A stretch of DNA of 64,000 nt from Balanoglossus misakiensis (taxonomy: Eukaryota > Animalia > Hemichordata): contig CM082596.2 of assembly GCA_040954595.2 (NCBI GenBank), positions 3,837,025-3,901,024 on the forward strand. The letters run 5' to 3'. Each line of letters opens with the position of its first letter. The first letter of the stretch is position 1. A model generated the notes under the pieces. It was not told where the DNA came from and did not search any database. It worked only from the letters and a program-made list of their open reading frames with translations. Position numbers and translations under genes: made by a program. Shown here one piece after another: positions 12,510-24,500 of the stretch.

Positions 12510-15500
12510 TCACACAGAGGACGAGTACGCTATGTTGTGATAGAACTTCAAATTCTGCTTCATCTTGTTCAGGAGGAACTCGATCGCCACCTGGAACTGC
12601 GTCAGGGAACAGCCGTGGCAACCGTTTTCCAGGAAGGGCGCAATCAGGTCGTACATTAGATGGAGCTGTGGAAGAAGCGAGCTGATGATCTTCGGGTCGA
12701 TGTGAAGGAGTAAGACGATGAGAATGGTGGGCATGTCATCTCCAGTCAGGGCTTTGATTTGTGGTTTGTCTGCAACGAACAAGAAAAGAAAGAGTGCGTG
12801 AGTTGTAAACTAATGAGAAATAAACAGTTTGATGGAATACACCGAGTGTCAGAAGTTAAGCCTGCCTTGGAGGGCATTTGTATATAGAAGATGAATGATG
12901 TAATTGGACAGTCATGCATGCATGCATACCGAGGTGGATGTACCCATCAAGAGTTTATCATTACCAACCTGGTGATTTCTGATTGAATATCTCTCTGACA
13001 GATGCATTCATCTGTTGGAGACACTTGGTCACCCACTGCAGTTTCCTCATCAACGACGTCTGCCTGAGGATTTGGTCGATACAACCGCACGTCTGTCGGA
13101 AGTTTTCAACAAAATTTTTGTTTTGTCTTCTCAGTTGGTGAGCTGGCTGTACTTGCATTTGGCAGTCAATGTCTGATTTGGTGTAGCTCCAGGGACGGTT
13201 TGCGATCCGGATTGATTGAGACGGGGCGTTTGGGCTTGGCAGGAAGACTTCGTCAGAACTCATCAAGGGCGTGTCTGTTGAGAAGTTGTGTGAGCTGGTG
13301 TCCGACTCTTGTGAATACAGAGAGTCGTTGTCTGGGTACAGAGTGTTTTGAGGATGGTGTGGAGAGTTCTCAGTGCTTGAGAATGATTCATTGTGATTTG
13401 CATCAATGCTTTTAGTTTCTGAGGCAACGCTTTCCCGACTGCCACAACCAGGAGTGTCTTTACGGGGATCCGCATCCGATTGCACTGTCCCCGCCCCACT
13501 GCCACTCAAATCAATGTTTTCCACGGAGATTTTCTCCAAAACTTCATTTTCAAAAATTTCGCAGTCATCGTCGGGCAGCACTAATGATACCTGTCGCTGG
13601 CCTTTCTTCTGTCTGTCAAGTGTGTCTTGGTTCCTCCTCGTCACAAGCTTGGCACACTTTACAAATTCGGCTTCATCGTACTCGGCAGTGTGCCACTCAC
13701 TTGAACCAGACGAGCCACTATCATCATCCTCCCCCTCCTCACAGTCCCTTCCGATAATTTCAAAGCTGCCATATCGACAGTCATGTTCCCTCACAGAATT
13801 AGCAGGTAAGTTTCGCACAAAATCAATTTTCACTGCAGTCCTCTGCGTATTCTCAGCTTTTACTGCAGGTTTCCCCTCATTATCGATTCCTTTCCGTGCC
13901 GGCTCTGTCGTGCTCCTCACGTTCTGCACACGCTCAGTTGGTTCTGATGCATTCTGCACGTGCTCAGATTTCATAATAAGCGCCTCTGCAACAGGAGTGG
14001 CAGACTGCAGACTTCCAGTGCTGTCGACAAATCCATTGTCTTCCAAAACCAACGGATGCGACAACAGCTCCACAATCCAGTTTTCAGTTATTTCCAGTTC
14101 TTCCATGGTCAATATTGGCAAATTCTGCTGGAATATGCACCGCTCATACACGAAGGCCCGCTGGAAATCAAGAAGAGAACAAAGAATGTATATCATTGAT
14201 TCATTGACATTTGCCATTTCAAATTGCACAGTCATGAACTCCTCCAAATGCCATGATTGCACACTCTACTGTTATCTCACATGATTTAATGATTAATATT
14301 TTATGATATGACATTCACAACTGATAATAAAATGTCATTTGACTTCTGTTTACCTCATACAGACTGACCAACGCATCCATTGTCCTTTCAAAAAAGTACG
14401 GTTCATAGCAACGCCAGATCTTGCGAGAAAACATCTGATCATCATTGTGTTCTTCCTTCTGTATGATGTTGATCACCTAGCAACGTAGAGGAAAACACCG
14501 GCATTACTTTTTTATTGAACACATATAATACACTGCACCTGCAATGAATTACTAGTAGCTTTGTGGGTCTCTTGTGTACTGATACTTCTAGACCGTGTTT
14601 GATGCAAAGATAAAATTCCTCTGTGTCTTGGCTATAAAGAATGACAAATACCTTGCGAAAATGGTCCTGAATCTTAATGCACAGTTTCTCCACGGTCTTC
14701 TTGAAGGGATTTTCATTCTGTTCATCTAACTCTAAATAGTCAGCCAGATTATGCTGTAAACCCATCTGTACGTTTTTATACTCCACATCCTGTTGTGCCG
14801 ATCCCATTGAAGATACTGAGCTTGTGGAATTTCTCTGCAACTAAAAAATGAAATTCTTTATTGTATTAAGTCTTTGAACCGTGACCTTCAAAGGCTTACT
14901 GCAGGTAACAGGAATGTCTGATGACTTTGGAATCAAAACCATTTCACTGTACGTACCTGCAAGACGGCAGTTATATCAAATGAAGTATTGCTGGCAAGCA
15001 GATCATCATCCATGCAATTCTGACATTCTTTCAACACTTCATTGCAGAAACTCCTGTGCTCTCTGCCCAATACATGTGTATCTGAATTCACAAGCTGTGA
15101 AAAAAAATATTCAAAACAAACATCTTCATTTTATGCCCCAAATTTATTACAGAAAACAATGGACCAAGACATAGTGGTACAAGGATTAATGCTGCCAGAA
15201 ATTTGTATATATTTGGATAACTTTTCCTATTATCTTCTAACTATACTGAGTCATATATTACTTTGTTTCACATCTGATAAAACACAACATCACATTTCAA
15301 CTCACCACTGCAATTCTTTCTGATAAGGACTGCCACATGGTAGGAACACTTCTTCTCTTCAGCACTACAAGATAGAAACAGATTTTTTAAAATACATACA
15401 TGTATGTATTTGCCAATGGTTCACACTATGAAATCTAACCTTATCATATCACATCTTTCAAATCAAATCTACACAAATCTTACCATCAGTGGCTCTTTCA

Positions 15501-18500
15501 CCGAGCATACTCAGATCAACACCAGTCGTTTCTCTTCCCAATCTCAAATCAATCACAGCGTCATTCAGGGCTTCCCTGACACTGACTGCTCGTTTCTTCT
15601 TTTCTGCTGTCAGTTTGGCCTCCTCTTTCAAATTCTCGAATTCTTCACAGCGCGAGATGTAGTCCTCTTCTGCAGATTTTAGCTATCACAAGAGAGAGAG
15701 AGAAAGGAAGAGAGAGAGAGAGAGAGAGAGAGGGGTTAGTACTTTACAATCAATGATCTGAAATGAAATCTTCTCTCTTTACAATAAATCAAACGTTTCC
15801 ATCCAAGAAAGAAGAGTTGTATTCTTACCTCATACCAATCATCTCTTTCAATCAACACAAGATGTGTCATAGATTCTCTGAAAGTCAGAATCTCTTCCAA
15901 TTCCTTGTGTTTCTCATCACGCTGACTCCTGGCACTGCAAAAGAACAACATCATTCATAGATTTATTATTTGCAAGATACATGAATATTAATAAGTATGA
16001 GCATGACTATGACTGAGTAGCCAGCACTAAAGCCAAACTGGGGAGAACCCTGTCACTCAGTCTACATACGACCCTCTCCATATGGACGTCACATGTATAC
16101 CCATCCAAGTTCCCAACAGTTATTACAATGTATATCACATACTCATCTAAATTCAATGCTGCGTCTCGTTCACATGTCTGCACTGCCATCTTGGCATCCT
16201 GTACTTTCTCTTGATATATGCTCAACTGTGAAAAAAGGAAACAAACACAAAACATGTTAATTCTCCCATAAATCTTTCCTTTGTGACAAACTGTTCAATA
16301 TTTCACAACAGTGTAAGCTGAACTACAAAGTACCATTTCTGAGAATGTCAAACTCTGTCAGTATCTGAAGAAATATTTACATTCTCTCGCTTCTCTTCTT
16401 CAATCTTCGGCAGAAATCCAATCAGCACCTTGAGAAATTCTCGATTTGTCTTGTATGCAATGTCATCCCTCTGAAAGATAAAAGAGACAGAATTTGATAA
16501 ATTAGATAGAGCAGTGGTGGTGACAATGATGATGATTGATGATCATGATGATGATGATTGAAGCACTTGAAAACGTTGAGGTCAATCTTTTGTAGCAATC
16601 ACTTCCGAATAAACAACTTCTTAAAGAATGGTCCACAATACAATAGATATGTGGACAATGGAAATACTTTCTGAGGAGTGATGTCAGAGGCACAGGCACA
16701 GAGGCAGCAAGCTGGACTACTGCCGATCTCCCCCAGCAAGAGAGTCAACACTGGATCAATCACAGTTGGATTACACGCATGCCTTCACACTCTGTATCGC
16801 TCGCAAACTACGCATGTTGTGGAAAGTCTTAAGCATCTATACACACAATGTGTGTAAAAGTACTCCTTTAATTCCAGTCTGATGCAAATGTATGCACCCT
16901 TTTTTTGTAAACAGGGTGCTCGGTGTTCTTTTAAAAGGGTACCGGGTGAAATAAAGTTCACCACTATCTGGAGTTCGCAGTATGATAAAAGCAGGTAAAG
17001 AAGATTAAATATGTCAACATTGAGGGCACAGAACTTTACACTTTTAAAGGGGTATAATCACCTCTAATTGATATATGCCCTTGCATGTGTAAGTCTCCGA
17101 ATGACCATGTGATGGCCACACTTTTGTCACATGGCCATCAAATTGAAAATCTGTGATTGGCTAGATCTCAGCTTTCTATGGTAACTAAGGCTACATTTGC
17201 ACAGGTGAGTTCATAGTGTGTAACCAGGTTACAAGATAGGTATACAAGAGGGCCAAACCGTATCATAATTTTGACTTTGGAATCTGAGCGTGTCATGGTT
17301 CACCAGATCGATGTGTTTGTCAGTTTTTACAGGACGCAGCGATCATTTTGGCTTTCATCCAATAGCAACATACAAATGAAAGGTCATTAAAAAACATCTT
17401 TAAACTTGTTTGGCAAAGTTATTTTGTTCCCCTCAGATAACAGTTTTCGTCCAATTTTGGATTTGGCAATGCATCAATTGTTTGTTTGTTTCTTCTGTAG
17501 CCATGGTAATATATAACACCCTCATCATTTTAAACAATAAATTTCTCTCTTTAGACCTATCAACTATTAAAAACGGCAATGACATAGACATTGCTTGCAA
17601 AACACTGCATCCGACCAGGGGTACCCTCTTGGTAAGTTTGCTCGGTAAGACAATAATATGAGAGGCGTGGTTAAACTGCTCTTCTTTGTAACGGAAATAG
17701 ATGTCCTTAGAAGGCCAATGACGTCCGTCCACATTGGCCGTAAACAAGACGTCAAGTTATACTTTAATCTGTTTGCTCAGCAACAAGATGCTTGTAAACA
17801 TGATGTCGTAGTATCTAGTTTGGTCCATAGTACAAAGTGTAGAGATAACCCTGGTACATGTTTGTTTGATGAGATGCCATAAGAAGTGTGGTTCAATTTC
17901 ATTTCTACCAGTGCAGTCATGCATGGCAAGAATTAAGCTAAAGGGGTCTGACAATGACATTGGCCACACCACAGTCTTGTGTGTCAATGTCTAGAAAATA
18001 ATACTCTTTAGTAATTGGATACTAGGCCTTCAAAACAGTTCTGACTGCAAAAACTTTAAGTACTGGTTGTCAGCAGTGTCCAATGTGACTGACAATCAAA
18101 ATCGTACTATTTAAAGGAAGCAAAGTAAAAGGAAAACTGCATTTTGTCCTTCACAATTATCGGTTTCTGTACAGGGAGGGACTGGCACTTCAATGCAAAC
18201 TTGCGCAGACAAAGAGTTGCAGAAGGCGACCACCACATTGTTTTCCCGGGGGTGTTTTAAGACCTTGGCGACGACATGTGCGTCTTCAATACCTTCATCA
18301 CTGACGTGGACGGTCAATACCACAGAAAGCCTCAAGGAGGGAACCCGAATTGTTTGCTGTCAACACCATAGAATGTTCAAATAGATTTTAGAAAGAGAAC
18401 TGACAATCACGTTGAAGAAATATCCCTTGGGAGTAATGAGACAATTCAGTGGCTACATCGGTTCCAAATGTTTACTTATGTACCAAAACCACATCTTTCA

Positions 18501-21500
18501 GCCAATTTAGATACTTAGAATTTCCCACGCCCAAGGACAAAATCTTATGGCAGAAATAATCTTTGGAAAGATAGATTTATCTACCGATGCATTTTCTGAA
18601 TCATCAACACATGTGAAATGTGAGTGCACACCTCATGCACAAACAAACCAAAACCACCCTTTGTACTGTTGCGGTTTCTTTCAGAGCAATTCCAAATTAA
18701 ACCAAAAAAACCCACCCACTTTTATAGTCTGCTCTCAAAATCAGGTAAATGGGCTGAGATAAAAGCAGGAAAAATGTGGATGTCGCCACCAAGACAAACA
18801 ACAAGCAGCATTCAGAAGTTTTAATGCCTTTGTGAAACTCTTACTAAATTCTTAGATAACATTAGTGGTCTTTTTACATCACACATACCGGACAATTCAG
18901 ATGTATTAATGATTTGTTTAAATTGCTTCTGTGCTCACACTCCTCCATTTTCCAACAATGCAGAAATTTATCTTAGCAAAGCCGTTCAAAGAGACTTTCC
19001 GACAGTCAACACTTTTCATGACGAGACTTCACTTTTCTCATAAAAGTTTTAATATCGTAACAAATACTTGCGAAGCTATGAAAAAGTACAGTGATCTGTA
19101 TTGAGAGAAAAACAAAGTTTGAAAAAGTGTTGACTCCAAGTTTGCCCGGACAGAGACAGATGTTAGACCAATGGGACACACAGAAAATCTGCCCCATCTT
19201 CATGCATCACTGAAAACCTTCAATTTCAGATCAACTTTTCTGTTTATAAACAATCCAGTAGACAATACACCCAACTCCAACCGGGTGATGTCAGGCACTT
19301 CCTTCAAAATGAAACAAACATTTACTTTCTAACTTGTTTGTTCCAGTGGATGACCTTAAAGCCTCTGGCGTTCCTAGCACCACTTGGATGCACTGTGTGG
19401 AATGTACACTTCAGGAATTTACCTGTATCTGAATTTTCCTCACATACTCTTCAACTAGCAGGAATTTCTGATGCATAATCACACATTAAAACAATGAAAT
19501 TAATTTCATATTTCAAAACAGTATCTCTTTTTATGTGGGATAAAATTCATTTCAGATTTCCAAAAGTGTCTCTTTTGGGTTTACATCCTGGTAAGTTGTT
19601 TATCATAGTTTTGATTATTTGTCATAATTTGTTTACTTTCTTGACAGATGAACAACAATGCCTCAACATGAAAATATTGACATGAAAGTGTTTGATGGAG
19701 ATCAATGCAATAGTTCATAGTGTTTTATTCAAAAAGGAACTCTCGGCAGTACATTGGCACTTAAGTCTAATCCAAGGACAATGTGACATTGCTTTTTTAT
19801 CAGCGTACTTTGGTCAAATTGAGATACCTGCGTACCTCGATAAAACCAGATGGAACCTAAACCTATTCTTTTTTCAAAAGTGCACCTTACCCACAAATAC
19901 TATATACGAAAGGTTAATTGCTATGTACCTGCGCATAGATATCTAGCATACCCAAATTCTCACCTCAAGGCAAAACAAATACCTTGCAAAGTCACCCTGA
20001 CATCTAAAGACCAAGCTTTACTTCATTTGCACGGGGCAAGGATCCTTCCATAATATGATTAATGTGCTGAAGTGCAAATATTTTCGCACTCTGCGGGTAC
20101 AATACCCGCTGGAAATCTCAGCCTGTTTCAAGGCAAGTTAACAGATCCATGACAACTGGACAAATAGAAATCTAAACACGCAAGATGTAACAGGCACCCT
20201 GAAAACTCCGAAGTCCCTGGCTGTGTCCTGTCTTTCACATGATACGATCCCTCAAGTGGGGGAGCAACAAGCACTTTTTTTCTCTCCCAAAACCGCGAAG
20301 ACATTACCATACAATGCAGAAAGAATTTCACTAAGTAGAAGTTTACCCCTCTAAGTGGCAAGTGAACAATTGGTCAGGGTTGTACAACTCAATACGCATT
20401 TCAGAAATGGCTTTGTTGCAGGGAGGTTTCTTTCTGAAGCGAACGGGGACAGATTTCATCGAACAGTGTGACAGATCCAAAATTCCTTCTCTCTGTTCAC
20501 TTAGCCAGGGCATGCCAGTCCAAAGTATTTCTTTTTGTATTCTAATTTGCCAGGATTGCGAGCGCGATGGATGTATACAGTGTCTGAGTGGTGTGGCACC
20601 TCGCCTTCATTCTTCGCCCTGTGCGTAACATGCCACTGTTTCAGTGCCGGAACAGATCTACTTCCACCAAGAAAGGGACAGGGGAGGGACCGAAAGCCAA
20701 TACCCAAACAATGGCACGGCTATGCCAAGCACGTGGTACATTCTGCCCATTAGGGTTCGCGAGCAGTTGTGGTTTAGCCGTCTAGTCGGTCTGACACGTC
20801 TTGATTGCTCAGAGATATATTCAGAAAATTATGTTATAACGAAGTTGTGGTGGCTCGACTAATTTTAATACTGGTCAAGAAATAAACACAGACATATGTC
20901 AAGACAACAGAATCAAATAAGATGCTCAAACTGACAATTTAATAAAATGAGAACTGATCAAAAGTCATCTGGTACAGTACAATTGACAGTCTTATTATAC
21001 ACATGATGATAACATTTTTGTCTGGTGACTGGACTTGAGTGAGAATCCCCCCTGCTTAACAAAAGCATGAGTAAATTCTGACTAAGTCAAAAATTTCAAT
21101 TCAAAACGGTTCCATATTTGTTATTTATCAACTGTTTTGATATTTTTGTCAAGATACTAATAAATTCACATACCTGGGACTCTATTTCGAAATCTTAAAC
21201 AAACATGCCTCTATCACTATTTTTCATTTAAACCAGAAAATATTTGACCTCATATTTTGGAAAGGTTATTACAGTAATGACAGTATAAACTTACCTGCGG
21301 GTTTGAATTTCGTCAGTTAGTAAAAATTTGTGTGTGCAAAAGTATTGGACTGACTATCCACAACACTGTAGTTCATCAAGCACTTTCTTCACCACAACAC
21401 GCGACAGATACATTGTAACAAAAGAGACAAAGAAGAGCACCAATGGTCAACCAACCAAAACCGGCGCCAAAATCACAGCTGCGCTGAACGCACCACACTT

Positions 21501-24500
21501 AACAAACTTCTCTTCACAATATAAATGATAATTATTACTTACTCCTTGCAGAAAGGCAGAAAACTCCTTCGCCTTCTGAACTAGAAATTCTTTCAGCTCT
21601 GTCATCTGGTTGATTTGTCCATTCAGCTTGAGGTCCAGTCTCTCGATGGAGATCACCTGTCAAAATAATTCGCGAAAAAAGGAACAAGTCACATTCGTAT
21701 ACCAGCTGCTGCTGCGTACTCTGCTAAGGTCACCACTTTTCAAAACTTTTACGGTTAGTATCAGGATCATTCCATTTTGTTAGGGGTAGTCACACTCACT
21801 TCTGAGGGGTGGATACTTTTGGACATATCAGGAGCTCATTAGCGAAGATATGACAACAGCAGTTTGTAGATTCGTGTTGTAAGTATTGATGTTAGACAAA
21901 AATCATAAGTTATGGCAAAATAGATTGATAACTTGTCAATTTTCATCCGGTCCCTTCACTGCTAGAGAAGTGGTATCGACTGTGAGTAATCCGATAGCAA
22001 AGGTGTATGTTCATGCAGTCCCTAGTTACAATGAAACTATGGCAAGTATGTTCAGGTACAATGAGGTCAGGTTCCGGTTGACTGTACAAACAATACCGGC
22101 TCCACCAAAACAGAACAAAAAAAGCTCCCACCCAAATACGATGATGTCATCCTCGCCCAATCGGATTGGGTCATGCCATATATTGCAGGTGTGGTAGCCC
22201 ACCATCCGACAGGGACAAAAAACGGGCAGTCTCGGTCGAAAATCCATCTCACTGCTGAAACTGCCAGCAAGATTTTGTCAATGAGCAGGATTGTATCTAT
22301 ACTCAAGCAGATCTTATGATTTCTTACAATGAGCGAGAAAATGACCAGTATCATAGTCTCTGTAATAATAGGCGATTTTGTATTTCCCATTCTATTCTAT
22401 ACAACTAAGAGGTGTAGAAGGGTAGGCCGGTTGTTGCCAAAGTCACAGTAAGAATGTGGTAAACAAGTCACTTGTTGTTCAATGGAGCAGGCTGGTAACA
22501 GCTGGGTCTGTTGGCAACCGGGCAAAGAAAAACCAACAGTCTTTCACAGATACAAGAGATCGCAATGGATCACAGCGTAGAAATCACAACAAAATACGTA
22601 GCACGCAGGAAAAACACAGCTCACTTGAGTTCATGAAGAGTGCACGGAAAGATAATGATCGATGAGATTTTTTTCAATAAACTTCAAGGCTTTAATAACA
22701 CGTTGCAAAACATCAGTATGTTTTATATTGTTCACTTTAAGATTTTCAAGTAATCTCCAGAAGTTCTCCACATCATTTCCTTTTCCTCAGAGTCAGGTTT
22801 CCTTTCTTTCTTAATAATGTTTGTCTTAGACTAGACTTCTTTCATGTTGGCGATTAATTTCAAAACGTGGTCAAAGTGTAAACATAAATTTTATGGCATT
22901 GTTTTGAAAGGGATTACATTCCCGTGAAATGGGAAGTGTCACCACATTCTACCTGCATGACGGCAGCAACAAAAACAAAGAATCTTTCATCAGTTTTTGC
23001 CGTTTCCTAAACCATGAAAAGAAAATCTTGTAGCACGGAACTGTACCCGTATGCTGCAGGCCAACAAAGGGAAGCGTGTATTTGTTCCTGTGATTTGTGA
23101 CTTCTGAGAAATACTGTGGCATGTTCAGCTAGATTCCGTTACTCTCTCAAGACAACAATACTGAAGAGATCCACCGGTGATGGACCACAAGACCCATGGA
23201 ATGACTTTCTATCAATGGTTACGAAGTAATGACCCGGTGGTTATTGAAGTCGCAGAATGATCAAAACATCTTCCTTTGTTGCAGTTCTCAAGAAATTGTC
23301 CAGTAATGTTGACAATCATCATCTTCATTAGAGCAAGAAGTGATAATTAATGGGGTTTGTCATAGTCGCTTGAAAGCTACACTCAGGGGCATTAGCCAGC
23401 GGTCATGCCTCACGGCAAACATGGGTGCCGGCTAGTACCGGTTTTCTAGACTTATTTTACAGAATTCAATGATTTATGACTATGGCGCTTCCTCGCTTCA
23501 CTGGAATCTGTGGTAATGATTTATCGTGATTAAAATTCGACTAAGGTCAGTGAGGAAAAACAAAGTTGTATACATGCAACTCCTGGTATTTCATGGAAAT
23601 GTATCTCTGTGTGAACACGTAGAGTGCAAAGCACATATGTACAAAGGCAAATTGGGCTGAGATTGCTGGTACTTATAACCACTTTGGTTGAAATACATGT
23701 ATGTAGAAAATGATAGAGTAGTTATGAATTTATCCACAATAGTCCTTCGGCACTTCAGATTGTCGGTAGAAACAAATACAGATCTCTGAACTTTGTTTTG
23801 TATTCCTTTAGAAGGATTACGCTTGCAAAACATGTTTTATTAATCTTTAAAGAAAACCTAAAAATTGAAAACACAAAACAGAAATCTGATCCAAGCTTTA
23901 AAAAAACTACTTAAAACAGAGCTTAGGAATACAGAACAAAAACAGAAATAAACGGCACAAACAAACTGCACTGGTTTGTCCTTTCTTTTTCCTGTACAAT
24001 CAACTATTCGAAGATTTACCCGTAAAATGATAGTGGACAGATAGAAAAGAACTTCAGAGTTCAATATGGTGGCAAAGGGATTGAAGTAAAGTGCCTGAAA
24101 TCCACCTAGATCAACAGTCAATAATACTAGCAGACACCCTGCACATGCACAACCACTATTACCACAAAGTTAAAGTGGCAATAACCTTAGAAGTGGGCCA
24201 AGAAACATCTGAGACGCCAGGACAAGTCAGTATTTCCCTAAAACAAACAAACATGCAATGTTTTTACGGGTATTATATTGCTCGCTTGTGTTGGCGTTTG
24301 TTGTTTCTTTCAAGCCACCTGTAACAAATGTGAAAGCTTTCTGTTTGTCTGCACATTCCATCTCGCTCTGAAATTTGACAAAATTTTGTGAATATCACCA
24401 TAGAGGGCGCTGTCCACTCAACTTTCCTATATGTACATGGTTTGCTATCTGACCGTTACTTTTGTTAAGATAGTTTACTTGGAATCAGAAACAGAACATC

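Noticed and set aside
13406-14284. 292-aa Ser-rich + strand ORF
   Set aside because: Antisense shadow of the large VPS9-gene exon.
21340-21500. Hydrophobic stretch ending in LDELQCCG (tetraspanin-like, or GPCR TM6-like) on the - strand
   Set aside because: It contains stops, the spacing is wrong, and there are no supporting exons; likely chance.
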